DNA of 64,000 nt. Source: Camelus ferus. Its lineage: Eukaryota. This document shows, piece by piece, positions 36,625-50,625 of the stretch. The stretch's first letter is position 1; each line of letters starts with the position of its first letter. The stretch covers positions 24,740,001 to 24,804,000 of the forward strand of contig NC_045697.1 in NCBI RefSeq assembly GCF_009834535.1. Direction: 5' to 3'. A model generated the notes under the pieces. That model saw only the letters and a list, made by a program, of their open reading frames with translations, ran no database searches and was not told the origin of the DNA. Position numbers and translations under genes: made by a program.

Positions 36625-37915
36625 CATAAAAATTTGAGGCTGCTCACACAGGAAGAAGTAAACAATCTGAATAGCCCTAGGTCTATTACAAGGTTGAATA
36701 AATTATTAATAACTTCCCCAAACAGAAAAGCACCAGGCACACATGGGCTCACTGGTGAATTCTGTCAAACATTTAAGAAAAAAATATATTAATTCCTTTC
36801 AATCTCTTTCAGAAGAATAGAAGCAGAGAAAATACTTCCTAACTCATGAGGCCAGCATTACCCTAATATCAAAACCAGACAAAGACAATAGAAGAAAAGA
36901 AAACTACAAACCAATAACCTCATAAATACACATGCAAAATTCTCAACAAAATATCAAATCATATCCAAGAATGTATAAAAATAGGATATATCAAGACTAA
37001 GTGGGGTTTACCCCAGTAATGCAAGGCTGGCTCAACATCTGAAAATCAATTAATAAAATCCATCACAAAAAGTAGCTATGGAAGAAAAATCACATGATGT
37101 TATCAATAGATGCAGAAAAAGCATTTGACAAAAATCCAACACCCAATCATGGTTAAAAAAAAAAATCTCAGTAAACTAGGAATAGAAGGGAACCTTCTCA
37201 ACTTGATAAAGAATGTCCAAGAACCTACAGCTAACATCACAATTAATTGTGGGAAACCTGAAACTCTCCTACTAAGCCTTATTCATAATTGCCAAAGCTT
37301 GGAAGCACCTGAGATGTCTTTTAGGAGGCAAATGGAGAAAATATACTGCATCCATACAGTAAAATATTATTCAGTACTAAAAATAAATGAGCTATTAAAT
37401 CATTAAAAATTATGGAGGAAGCTTAAATGCATATCACTAATGAAAGAAATCAATCCGAAAAGGCTACATACTATATGAGTCCAACTATATGACATTCTGA
37501 AAAAGGCAAAATTATGGAGATGGTAAAAAGATCAGTGGTTGCCAGGGAGAGGAAAAGATGAAGAGGAGCAACACAGAGGATTTTCAGGTCAGTTAAACCA
37601 CTCTGTATGATATCGTAACGGTGGATACTTACCATTCTACATTTTTGCAAACACAGAATGCACAACACCAAGAGTGAACCCTAATGTAAACTATGGACTT
37701 TAGATGACAATAATGCATTAATATAGGTTCATCAGCTATAACAAATATATCACTCTGTGTGCCTTGTCAATAGTAGGGGAGGCTATGCGTATGTTGGGGA
37801 AGCAGTTATAGGGAAACTCTGTACTTTCTGCTCAATTTTGTTGAGAACCTAAAACTGCTTTATAAATGAAAGCATATTAATTAAAAAAATGAAAAACAAA
37901 AAACAAACAAAAAAC
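36625..37915 (+). mobile_element. Old L1 (L1MC-like): ORF2 RT-proximal piece joined to the 3' UTR
   Basis: 'LTQEEVNNLNSP...APGTHGLTGEFCQTFK' and 'tcaatagatgcagaaaaagcatttgacaaaatccaaca' (IDAEKAFDKIQ). At ~37275 it jumps to the 3' end 'caacaccaagagtgaaccctaatgtaaactatggacttt'. Confidence 0.9.
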
Positions 37916-39099
37916 TTGACCACAATGTCTTTTTAAGAACAATAACAAAAAACAGACACTTAATTTAAAAAGAACATGGGAGTATGTCAGCAATATACTC
38001 TCTAATTGGCAAAATATGTAAGTACAAAAAATAATGGTAGACAACAATAGTTACTAAAGCAGATACCAAACCAAGAGTTTAAGTGGATGTAAATATGACA
38101 AAGACGTTAATGATCAAATAAGGTATATCAATAGAATTACAGAAATAGAAGTGAATTAGGTAGTCCCCTAACAGTTTATCCTTAAAAATATTACTCAACT
38201 TTTGCAGCCTAATAGGTAAAATAAAGAGGTGAACTAAATAATCTCTAGACACCTCTCAAGATATAAAATTATAAAATCTTAAACTAGTGTTCCTTAAAAC
38301 CTACTAAGCTCCCAGGGCTGTGAAATATAATAGAAATGTAACACTCAAAGTGTAAGATACTGTGGGAAGATAGTTCGCAGAATAAAGGTTCTAAAGAAAA
38401 CAAGATACGTAAAGGGTAGGTTGAAAGAAAGACAATGAAAGAGAGAAAGTCTTAGAAAAAAGATGAAAACAATGCCCTTAGACAGTGAGAAACAGAAGGG
38501 TAGATTGAGACAAGGCACAAAGAGAAAAGGGAAAGAAGAAAAATTAGAGAACACTTCTGTTAAAGGTCAATTTAACCTTCACATCAAAGTTTAACTCAAT
38601 TTCCTAGATACATTTTGAGCTTGGTAATGTCTTATGAACTTAGTTTTCTCAGACTGCAGCTGGAATCTAAATGTGATTCTTACAAGTGCTGAGCACAGAA
38701 AGGTGTGTAACTGGCTTACAGGTCTTTGAAAGTTTGCGGTCACATTCAGCCAGCAATTGCCACAGCGAGCTCATCAGATTTGGAGGACAGGCACATCCCT
38801 AAATAAAGTCTAGTGTGTCTGATACCTTAGAATCCTTGGTATGTCATGAAGAAGCTTTCATTTGTAAGACCCCTCACTTCATTGAGAGCTCAGCGGTATA
38901 GAGATCTCTGGGGTAGCAACTGTGGCTTTTACAAGAAGACATCTTGGCCTAGAAATGTTAAGTGCAAGTCCTGTCTCAGCTGCTTATTAGCCGTTAATGC
39001 AGGTTTACTTCCTCAGTCATCTCAGTTTTTCAGCAGCTAGTAGCTATGTCCATTCCACTCAATTTTGAAAGTGTCCTGACCAGAAAAAATACGAATTAA

Positions 39100-39345
39100 C
39101 ATTAATTCAGTGTTTCGTCTCTCTCTGGCACTTGTGACACACTTCACATGGATTAGCACATTTCATTCTCCCAAGAATTCAATGACGTGTATTCTGCTGC
39201 TACCCCTAGTTTACTGAAGTGGGTAAGTGAGGATTTTACGAGCGGGGCCATGAGGCACAGATGGCTTATGTAATAATCTACCCAAGGTCACAATACTAAT
39301 AGTCATCATGCTGTCAGGATTTCACTGAGACAGTCTAGCTTCTTC
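39100..39345 (-). mobile_element. MIR SINE
   Basis: 'cacttcacatggattagcacatttcattctcccaag...tgaggcacaga...cccaaggtcaca'. Confidence 0.7.
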
Positions 39346-41574
39346 AATTCTTTTTTTATCTACAATTTATACTTTATCCCTATATATTTTGGAAGAAAAT
39401 AATACTGTATTTCTTCTTTCAAAATGTTGTTCAATCATTCTTCTAATGTTGTCTTAAAATATAGAAGTTTTTGCTAAAAAACATATTCAGAAGATAAAAA
39501 TCTGCACTCCTATGGTAAAAATCAGTTTAAGATTTTATCAAATAACTTGTGTAAATGAAATGGAGCTACTGAGAATGAGGTTACTACCTGGGTCATCTGT
39601 CCCTGAATATATACATGGTATGACGATTATCCAATTTGAGTCCTTTCTTGGTAGTCTCATTTTCATGAGATAACACTCTTTTAATAATGAATAGATTCAG
39701 ACAGCCACATGCATGGTTGTACCAGAAACTTGTAAAGTCACTAATAGCTGATATCACACAATTCTAGCTTTACTCCTTCAGCTGAAATCTACATTCCGTA
39801 ACAACAAATGAATTCTGAAAAGAGCAGCATGTGGAGACGTAGAAGTCACGTGTGCCTACCTGGGAATGAATTTCTCCCGATCCTCTGCAGATAGCAGGTT
39901 TAGAAGGTGAGATGAGCAGAGTGATTTGGGTGAAAGGCACTGGGGGAGACGGGTGAACATGTTGCATTGATGTGATGACATCTATGAGCACGGAGACGTG
40001 GCAGCGACAACACACATCCCCTGCATTTCAGTTTTGCTGGTGGCCTGCCTTGCCCTTTCTCCTTTCTCATTCCCCCCAGAGATGACAAGTTGAATGAAAA
40101 TTGAGGTGTCTCAGAAAAATTCTAAAATAAACTTCAAATACTTGTTTAGAGAATTCAAGTGATTTAAGCAAGATTGTGACAATGTATGAAAACCTGACTT
40201 AAAAACGGTCTCATTCCCCTCTAAGAGCTATTTGAAGGAGATTACTTTTATGTCTGGAAGCTACATTCTCAAATTTGAGTCTTTAAATCAGGGTGGTCGA
40301 ATCCTGCTTTACCAGTTCAGTTCCACATGCAAGATAATATGACCCAGATATAACCCAATTAGGTTTTAAGATGAGTCCCTTCAGTCGTACTAATCATTGT
40401 TTTAGAAGCTTTGGTAACTCCTCATATATATGTAAAGATATTAGTGAAGGGTTAAATTTTCACTCTATTTTCTTAGGCTGACTTAAAAAAAAATTCTTTC
40501 CATTTAATCCACATTTCATATTTTTGCCCATAATTTAAGGCTACTTTCTGGTCACAGTGCAAGTCTCTTTGGTAATTTTGATAATTTGCCAATTCTGAAC
40601 ATATTACTCATCATATGTTTTTTTTTTCTATAGCTACTCAGGAAAATGATCTCAAAATTGCCTATCCTGAAAAGCTACGCAATTTGTAGCAAATTCTCTG
40701 TCAATTTTATAACTTGTAAAAAGTGCAATGAGCACTGACGTGAGGGTGGCAAGATGAAAAATAACAGGAAAACCTCATTATTGTGTCATTCCTTTCAGAG
40801 TATGCACAATATAACTATTTGCTACAAATTGCTCATCTTCGCATCCTCTTCTTATCTCCAGCTGTGAGTCTTGTCTGAGAACCAACTGTTGCAGATGTTG
40901 TCCACTGCTCTGAAACTCTGTTGGGTTGATGGCCGAACACATGGAGTCAAAACAACTCTGTGCCAGGTGCCAGTGCGCGTGGACTTCTCTGGTGACCCAT
41001 AAGTGGTCTTAGCAGCTGACGAATGCCTGTACATAATGAAGGTAAATCTGGACAATTTAACTGACACCATTTCTTAAAATGGGTCCTAAAAGAAACTGTG
41101 CTTGTAATGCCAAGAAATAGTATTTGCTCTAAAATCAGATGCTGACATATCCATTCAGGTGACAAACATTATTTGATTTCCTACTATGTCTTAAGCAGTG
41201 TGCCAAGCACTGGGGACAAATGTGAGAAAAAGCTCTCTAACCTCAGACTGTTGTAGTCTCACCAAAGGAAACAGATATGAAAATAAGAAACAAAAACAAA
41301 AATATACATCTTGGTATTCTCATTATTTTTTTATGTCTACATTTCTCCTATGGCTGTATAATTATTTAAAGGATGCTATCTCTAGCACACTCTGCTCTTT
41401 TCGGCTACATAGTAGCAACCTTCCATTTCTTCTAAATTGTGTTTTGATTGTGTTAAGAATAAAAAGCAAAGCATATGTAAGTTTTTTATTGACCACCAAC
41501 AAATTATTGAAAAGAACTCTATAGTCCTCTTTGTAATTTTTCTCTGGACCTCTCATTTTACTGACATAAACCAA

Positions 41575-43180
41575 TTCAATTTGCTTTTTATTCAATAATA
41601 AAATTTTGCTGTATAATCCAATATAATAAAATATGTTTTAAGCATAAATGTTCAATGAGTATTGCCAAATAAACACCACCATCACATTCAAAATATAGAA
41701 TATTTGTATCAACCCAAAATATTCTCTTATGTCCTTTTGCAGTAAGTCTTCACACCATCAGCCCCAGGTAGTCACTGATCTGAATTTTGTCACTGTAAAT
41801 TGGTTTTTATCTTTCCTAGAATTACATGCAAATGGAAGCATCCAGGGATCACTTATTTGTGATTGGCATTTTTCTCTCAGCATATTTTTAAGATTCATCC
41901 ATGTTGTTATGTGAATCAGTAGTTCATTCCTAATTATTTTGGGACAGTCAATCAAGTTTAGATACAATCTATTTATCCTTTTACCTACTGACACACATTT
42001 GGGATGTTTCCAATTTCTGCCTTTTATAAATATTTTTGTACAAGCTCTTGTAGGGACATATTTTGGAAGTTTTTTTTGAAGCTATAAATAAGAGTGGAAT
42101 TGATGGACTGTATGTTAAGCGTATATATGTAAGAAATTGGCTACATTCCTACCAACAAGTAATGAAAATGTGGACACTAGATAATGTCGGTAGCGCGATA
42201 TCATGTACACATGAACACCATGCAGAGAGTAGCAAAGCAGTTCTCTGTTTATTGATTCTTGGCAAAGGGTTTATATAGGACATGCACGATGCCTCACATA
42301 TCATCTAAGTTATGACAATGTTAATAATCTTAATCTAAATAGGTCCCCAAGTTCCTGCAGTAAGCACAGGATGTTACATGATCAAGGACAGATTGTTTTA
42401 AAGTCCGTCACAAAACTTCATTAAGTAGGCCATCTCTCATCCAGCCGGCTGTGCCTGTCTTAGGTTGTCTTCCTCTGAGGATCTTACCAATCATTGGCTA
42501 TCCAGCCATCCATACTGGATACATGACATTCCTCACAGCTTGTTTATCAGTTCAGCCCATGGCTTATTCTCTAGAGCCTTCAGGCGGGGGCTTACAGATA
42601 TTTTCAGTCTTTTAGTTTTAAACGTTCTGGTGGGTGTATAGTAATATCTCATTGTGGCTTTAATTTGCATTTTATTAATTTCTAATGTTCTTTTAAATGT
42701 CTTTTCAGTTGCTTTAGGGCCATTCATATATTTTAGTTTGTGAACTATCTCTTCAACTATTTTGCCTATTTTCAATCAGAATGGTTGACCTTATATTATT
42801 GACTTGCAAGATATACATTTTTTTTAAATATAGGAGTTTTGTGAAAGAGAGATATATAATATATATATTTTTCTAATTGGAAAAAAATATATATATCTAC
42901 CTCTCTATCATCTATATATCCATCTGTATCTGCCTAGATTGCATTTTTGTACAAGTCTATATGAACATATTTTTGTGTTTTCTTGAGTAAATAACTAAGA
43001 GCAGAATTGGTGGGTTGTATGTTAAATATATCTGGATAGATAGGTAGATAAACCTGTTTTCTAGTTAGGAAATATTTGTCTACCCCAATGTCACAAACCT
43101 CATATAATTTTTAAAGAAATTTCATAGCACATATATTTAGGTCTAAGATTCATTTGAATTTAATTTTTGTGTATGGTGTG
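41575..43180 (-). mobile_element. Old L1 3' region (L1MD/L1ME-like), fragmented and interrupted by an LTR
   Basis: 'cagccccaggtagtcactgatctg...agattcatccatgttgtt' and 'atctcattgtggctttaatttgcatttt'. The minus ORF 'INKMQIKATMRYYYTPTR' is L1 ORF2-like. Confidence 0.85.
42169..42596 (-). mobile_element. Solo LTR of unassigned family inserted in L1
   Basis: TG...CA termini. The minus strand has CCAAT (~42494-42498), TATATAAA (~42270-42277) and AATAAA (~42248-42253) in LTR order. Confidence 0.7.
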
Positions 43181-43640
43181 TGTCAGATAAGAGTGAAGGT
43201 TCATTTTTAGGTATAGAGACAACTGCAATGGTGTTTTGTAAGGGAGCAAGCTTAGGCTCAACTCCAAATACAACAAAGAAAAGTGGGAATTTAATTAAGA
43301 AGCAGGTTGGGCAGGGAACTTTAGAGGATGGAAAACTACTAAGAAGAAAAATCAGAGATAAGGGAGGATTTTGGCTAAACTGATCTAACAGCATCCTTGC
43401 TGAAAGCAGACCAGGGTTTCAGACATCACCTAGGGGACTGTGGAGGATAAGGTGTCTGATCAAATACTGCGAGTGATCAGATATCAAGGATGGGGGATTC
43501 CAGCTAAATTGACATGGCAGGATTCTTGCTAGAGTGGACAATACAGAGATGAACACGGAAGCGCAAAAGTCAGGGCTCACTTCAGGAGAGAGTTTACAAG
43601 AATCTAGCTGGAGTTTGATCAAGGACAGAAAGTTTTGTCT
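43181..43640 (-). mobile_element. ERV1 solo LTR, MER31-like
   Basis: The minus strand starts 'agacaaaactttctgtccttgatcaaactccagctagattc' and has repeated 'gattttggctaaactga/gattccagctaaattga' motifs. Confidence 0.8.
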
Positions 43641-43978
43641 CCCTTATGCACCATTACCCACAGGGAAACATGAAGAAGGCCAGTGACATCTCCACACACG
43701 ACGGGCTGCAGTACAGAGGACAAGGGTGAGTATTAGGGAGTGTGATCTCTCATAATGGAAGTTAACGTGTGTATCCTTTACTCTAGAGGGAGACATTATT
43801 TTTATTATAACTGAAGAGTAAGTAAACCTACTTTTTGCTCCAAAGGGAGATACTATCTATTTTCCAAGGCTGTTTGTTGTGCAAACATTTCAGAAAAGAT
43901 AGAACAAAAGGCAGTCAGTGCTGCTGTTTGCAAGAGATGCAAGCATGTGAGAGAACCATGGAGGATTGTCTCTCAACA
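43641..43978 (-). mobile_element. ERVL LTR (LTR40-like), 5' part
   Basis: The minus strand starts 'tgttgagagacaatcctccatggttctctcacatgcttgcatctcttgcaaacagcagcactgactgcctttt'. Confidence 0.75.
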
Positions 43979-44939
43979 CAAAATTGTATGAATATTAATA
44001 ATGCAGAATTTAAAATCTGAATATCTAGTAGACATTATACCTAAATTTACATTATGATAATAATAGCATTCATTCAAAAATCATATATTTGTTAATTACC
44101 ATGTGTTGAACATTGCTACGCATGCTTCAAGTTGAAAGTGATATTTGAAAGAAAAATTCAGTATTGCCTTTAGACTCAGACAAGAGGATGGGGGTCTCTT
44201 TGAGGTCCTCATAACCACAAACACAAATATAAATACATATATTATGGAACAAGTGGTTGATTTTTTTACTTGGAATTTGGAGCTAAACTCTTGTACAGAA
44301 AACACCTATAAACTTACACAGCCACTCTCATCATTAACTTTCACTAGGCCTTAGTAAAATGATTCTCCCTGGTTCTTACCCTGTACCCTCAATTTAAAGG
44401 GTGACTGTCCTAAAATCTATGAAGGTGTTTAGATTATCTTGCTGTTAATTTGGAAGATGTGGTACAGAGGTCAGCCAGTGGGTCAGGGGTTGGATATACT
44501 GAAATGAGGCTTGTAGAGTTTTGATGTTGCCTCACATTGCCTTCAGAAAATCACTGCATGCACCTTCACTGCTGAAATTGACAGCAGTAGCCCAAATTGT
44601 GAGCTAACTAAATATAATATCAGGCAGCCCTGTGGGGGGAAGAACTGATGAAAATATGTGTGCCTATCTAGCTGCCTTCTGTATTTTCATCTGTGCTGTT
44701 CTCATTCTAACCTCTAAGGATTTTTAGATTTTAAATGAAACTGCTGCTTCTAAGGTTTAACGGTAAAAACCTAACCCAAGGAGTTACTTGCTAGAGTGGC
44801 ACAAAAGTTCTGTATTACGTGTGTGATGCTTATGCCTCTCTTCTTTCTGTGTCTTTAAATTCAGCAGGACAAACACAGACTGGAGCCTGGGCTTCAGAAT
44901 TTGTACCATGTGTGGGATAGCTGACTTCTCCAAGGACAA

Positions 44940-45850
44940 GTTCACACCAAAATAACTAGATACCAGAAAAAAATCCTCTAAAGAAAGTTAACAAGTGTTT
45001 TCCATCTGAAGCAGAAGTATTGAAAACAATAGACTCAAATTTAAACCAAGTAAAATTAGTATACTTCAGCAAAAAAAAAAAAAAAGCAAAATAAAAAAAG
45101 AATGAGAAATGTGAAGGGAATCAAATAGAAATGTTCTATAAGAGAAAGAAAACATAGGACAATCTTAGATGAAATCTAGTATCATTAATATTCTATATAC
45201 GTCATCCTCACAGGTTATCATAGACTGTCATCTATAGAACAAGTGCCAGATGAGAGAGAGATACAGATAAGTAGATGGAAGTAGAGATACGTGAAATGTT
45301 ATAGGATGGGTACAATTGCAAAATAAATGAGTTTAAAGATTAGATCATAGAACTTTTGAGAACAATAGAGGAAAAAGATAAAGTAATAAAAACACAGAAA
45401 CAATACTGAGGAGACATGTACTTATGCCTGGATGATCCAATATAAAAATATTTAAAAAAATGAGGTAATATACTTAAAATATTAATAAACACAATCTTCT
45501 AAGAATAAAAGAAATATGAAAGCTTTCAAATTACAATGACTCACCAAGTACAAAACATGATAAAATTTATGATGTCAAAGAAAAATAAATAGAAGATCAT
45601 TTTTAAAAGAACAAAATAAGATTTACTTTAAACTTCTTACCAGCATTTTTAGATATAAGGTGATGAGTTAATATTTATAAACCACTGAAGGAAAGAACTT
45701 TGAGTATTTAATTTTGTATTCAGCAAATACTTTATTTGTTTATAAAAGTACAAAATATGATCATGTATAATGGTCCTCAAAATAGTTCTTGGGCAAAAAT
45801 TGGCCCTGAAACATTCTAACAATAAATAAAACAAATTGAGATTCTTCTAC
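44940..45850 (+). mobile_element. Highly decayed L1 ORF1/HAL1-like sequence
   Basis: A-rich strand bias and motifs 'gatccaatata', 'ctttcaaattacaatgactcacc', 'aattttgtattcagcaaatact'. Confidence 0.45.
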
Positions 45851-47849
45851 AGACAGGGAAAACAAGCATGATCAAGTATCTTACTAAACTGTATTCCTAT
45901 CTAAAATTAATAATTAAAAATGGCTAAAACCAAAAATATAGAATGATAAATAATAAATATAACAAATAATAAAATAGGATGATGTGCACAGTATATACTA
46001 AATGGGGAAGACCAAAGCAATATGAAAGAATTCTAACAGTTTTTCTTCCCCCCTTTACTGCTTTTATTATGGAAAGATTTTGTTTTGTTTTATATATTCC
46101 TTAATGGAAAGTATTAAACACGTTATTACTTTACTATGTATTAAACACGCAACTGTTTTTATATTTTCCTACTGGTTTCTACTGGAGGGAAAAAAAAAAA
46201 GAAACCTAGTGCTCTTTCTACTGGTCCTTCCACGGACAAGCCAAGAGGCAGAACTCCAGGAATACATTTTCTGTAGCTATTCTCTTTCCTACAACCATTC
46301 TCAAAGCGTATGTCGTCTTCACAAGTACCTGGAGAAATGGTCAACTGCCCAAGGAGCCTGAATCTAGACCCAGAAGATCTCCTACCAAATACTCCTCTGG
46401 CCACTTCTCAATTGCCTAATTAGGGACAAATTTTCACTTTATTGACCCTAGATATATTTATTTGTAAAATAGCAGTAAAAACAACTTTCCAGCATGCCTT
46501 CCAGGGTTCTGAAATTAATATGTGATTCTAATTTACTTTTATAAGCTAGAAAGACAGAGGAAGATAGGTTACTAATCAAGGACATATGTCCTAATAATAC
46601 TATGAGTTCCAAAATCACAATGAAAAACAATTTATTTTATATATTGAATGTTACCTCCTAAGTGACTAAGCACTATTTACTTAATATTTTTTTACTCCAA
46701 AAACGTCATTTCTGGAAATATCCAGTCACTTAAAGAACCCGAGGTCAGTTCTCAGTTCTTTAGGAAAATATTTACTATTTAAATTTAGATCTATCTTTTA
46801 ATCACCCCATGAGCAAATATGCACCCTCATGGCATATTTAGATAGAAAGAATATGTAGAGAGAAATATATAGGAAAGAAAAAAAAAGAGAATGAAAAAGG
46901 AAAGAAAGGCGGGTGACTGTTACTGAAATTCAGTAAGATTGTTCATCTATGTATGAAGTGAAAGGCCAGAGAGGAAAGACGAAGTTCAGAAACATTCCAA
47001 ATTGCCCCACAAACCACTCTAGGCTCAGAACAGAAACAGTCTTACATGCTTCATCTGGCTACCATTTGCCTAGGTTATGGTTTTTATGCTCTAAAAAACT
47101 CTTAACTTCCTTCTGAGTCATGTCTCACAAATACACTATGTATATAATTAATTGGGTGTTTCACCATTGTTATTTCTATACAACTTATTAGCATTCACTA
47201 ATTCTGTAAGTCTATTTTATTTTCCTTTTGCGAATGAACCATTGTATTTTTTCTATTTACTTCATTGAGTCTCTGCTGTTTATTAATTCTCAGATGACCC
47301 AGCTTTGAATAAACACTGAAGCAACTGGGAAGTATTCCCACCTTGTTATACTCTGAGGAAACAAAGTCACATATGAACCAGAATTTATCACTATTGATCT
47401 TCCTCAGTTTGAAATTAAGCTATAATTTATAAACACATTACTGTTCTTTACCTCCCATCCCTCTGCCACTCCTTTCTGGGAAAGGCATCTTATGTGATGC
47501 CATCTTATGTAAAGAAAGGATATATGTATCTGCACTTGTATCTCAGAAACACATACAAAATTTCCTATGCAGTGATTACACATCTGTAGAAACCAATGGA
47601 TGGGTTAATTAACACTAATCCCTGAAGGTAAACTGGTTTCACTTTAAAATCTACAGAGACACTTCGTGGAGTACCAAGTCTTGGTTGTTGAAGTTGCTTT
47701 GTTTCTTTCTTTTTGTCCTCGATAACATAATTAAAAATTAATGAGGCATAAATGCTAGGTAAAATCAAGTTAAGGTTCATGTCATTCCATAAAGCAGAGA
47801 GAAGTTAACTGAATGCTAAGTAAATATTTACTACTATTATTTTTAAATT

Positions 47850-49010
47850 CACTGATTTACTCATTCACTTAACACTTATATGCATATTATATGGCAGGCA
47901 TTGTCCTGGGCTCTAAGAGGTCAAACAATAAGAAAAGACAAACAACCACCTTCCCTCCAAAAACTCTAGACTTTGAACTCAATAAACTTGTTGTATATAA
48001 TTATATTAAATGTATATAGATGCATAGATACACACATACATATATGTAATATAGTAAAATACGTCTGTATATATACATGTGTATGCATATACCTATATTA
48101 TATAATGTGTACATATATACAAACACCCATATATACATGTTCCAGCATTTAAAATATATTAAAATTAAAAAAAAAGATTTGTAAAAAATGCACTGGAAAA
48201 TTTGGGGGGAAAGTATATAAGTGGGCCAGAAAGGAGAATCAGAAAGGCATTGAGTTGAAACTTAAATAAAGTATAGGCATCCCCACCCATGCACCCAAGC
48301 AACTAATATAAAATCTTTCTGATAAAGTTGACGACAGATATATTGGCATGAAGAGGAGTTCAACAAGAGCATGTAATGAAGTGTGGCCAACATGGGATCT
48401 TTTTATTGTGTGAGGGAACTGGGTTACACTCTTTAAGTAACTGTAAAACAATGAAGATAATTGACTGGGGATAGTTTTATCATGATTAGCTTTCCCTGTT
48501 GAGAGTGATCATTGTGGAGGAATTGTAAAGGCTAACTTGGAAAGGAGCAAAGCAAAATTTCCAACTAAGAAGGCTGGAATAGATGAAGTGATAAATAATA
48601 AATTCTTAACTAGACAAACAGCAACTATAAAGAAAAAAAAATAGAAACATTATTATAGTAAAGGATCCTTAAGAAATGAGATTTTTTTAAGGAGCAAAGA
48701 AAGAGAGCGAGGAAGAGAGAGAGAGAGAAATCTAAGACAACAGAAGTTTGCTGACATGAGTTCCTAAAGAAAAACTGATGTGTTCCCGCTGTCCAAAAGT
48801 TATTGGGTGTAGGATAGATGCTTTCATCAGAAAAAAAAAAAAAAAAAAAAAACTAGAGAATTCGTCAACTTTCCAAATTTAGGCATGCTATTAAAGTTGA
48901 TGTTCTTGTGAAATATCCATCTGAACATCCAAATGGACGTGTGAATCCAGTATTTAGTAGGGATCTTGGCTAGAGATGCAAATCTGGAAGTTATCAGCAT
49001 CGGTAAAGTA
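47850..49010 (-). mobile_element. L2 fragments
   Basis: 'tcattcacttaacacttatatgcatattatatggcaggcattgtcctggg' and 'tgaaatatccatctgaacatcc...gatgcaaatctggaagttatcagcat'. Confidence 0.7.
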
Positions 49011-49899
49011 ATTCTTTTGAGTAGTGAAAGCAACTTAATAATCCCTACAATATTACTACAAGAATTCTCAGAGTAGAAAGACTTTCTCTATTTTAATAAT
49101 GTTTCAGAGGAACAGGAAATGGTTTTCAACAATCACTTGTTATGGTAATAACAGATAAGTGCCACAGAACACTAAGCTTGTTCTAAATAGTTTCTTTAAG
49201 ATTAAACATATAACCTATACAAGTTCTCTTAAGAATTTAGAGTGCACTTGTCATTTTTTTCCTTTTGTTTCAAAACTTCAACTACACTTATTTATTTATA
49301 AATTGTGTTTCTCTTGAAAATGAAATTGTATATATTTATTAAACTTTTATATTTCCATACAATAGGATAATAATTAGACATCAGAATACAATATTTTAAA
49401 AGAAAAAACTGTGTAGCTCAAAATTTTTAACCACATGAAAGATATATAATAGTGTAAAGAGGTTATTGAATAAAACATTACAAGGTAAATTTATTTAGTC
49501 CATTTGCGGAGAACTAACTATTATTTCATGTAGACCTAAGGAGAAGACAAAGGTGAGTTTGCCTTATTCACTCCCTCGTTAGAATTTTGACATAGTCTAA
49601 GAAAAACTTAGATAGTCAATCTAAGAACTCACAAAGAATCACGAAAAATGAATCTTGTCCATAATTATGAGATAGTGTATGACAGTGAAAAAAAAAAAAA
49701 AATCAAAGAAGACAGAACTTCTCTATGGGGATTTTTAAGATCCATGAGGCACAGATCTACTTGTGTGTGGTAGACAGTCACTCATCTACCCAAGCACTAG
49801 AGTAAGTTTGAATGAATATGTTCAATGAGATATTTGAATCCAATAAAGATACAAAACTTTATGGAGAAACTACACTCCTTACGTCAGTTTCTTGCATGA

Positions 49900-50625
49900 T
49901 TAAATTCAAGATAATACACGCAGTTACACAAGCCAGAAATCTGAATATCATCCTTGCCCCTTCATCTCTTTTACTTCCTACATCTAATCACCAAAATTGA
50001 TAGATTTTTACCTCCTTAAAATAGGACAATCATTCATGTCAATGTTTACCCTCACTGTTGCTGCTTTATATTAGGTGATCATTCTTTCTTGCCTGGATTG
50101 ATGCAACAGCTTTTTTTCAGTCCTACCTTTCACCAGTTTACACTCCACCCTGTAGAAAGGTTTTATTTTTAAATTTACAGACATAATTATGTCTCTTTTC
50201 TGTCTAAGACCCTCATATAATTTCCCATCACAGTCAGAATAATGTCCAAACTCTTGACAACTACTTTTAGGAGGTTCCTTACAATTTGACCCTCTTATAT
50301 TGCTCAACATTTTATGCCTTGTGATCCAACCACTGTGGGCCACCGCGTGTGTGTATGTCCTTACCTGCCTTATTCCCTCACCTTTCACCCCCTACCACTT
50401 TTACTTTGTTAATCACTGATCTCTCCTTTAGTGACTTTCTCTAAATCCCAAACCCGACCAAAGTGCCCTTCCTAGAAGTCCCATGGCACCTCTGTTTCCA
50501 ATCAATATACTTATCATATTGTGCTACCAAGACTGATTACTTGCTTATTTCCACATTAGAGTGTCAACAACTTCAGTGGAGAGAGCGTATCTGCTTCCTG
50601 TTTACTCCCTGTGCACCACCCAATT
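49900..50625 (+). mobile_element. L2 fragment
   Basis: 'cagttacacaagccagaaatctgaatatcatccttg...tcttgcctggattgatgcaacagct...tccaaactcttgaca'. Confidence 0.8.

Noticed and set aside
46111..46149. Short direct repeats (gtattaaacacg twice; similar ones at ~26247, ~47487, ~51801, ~54779)
   Set aside because: These are ordinary 10-15 bp slippage duplications with no wider structure.
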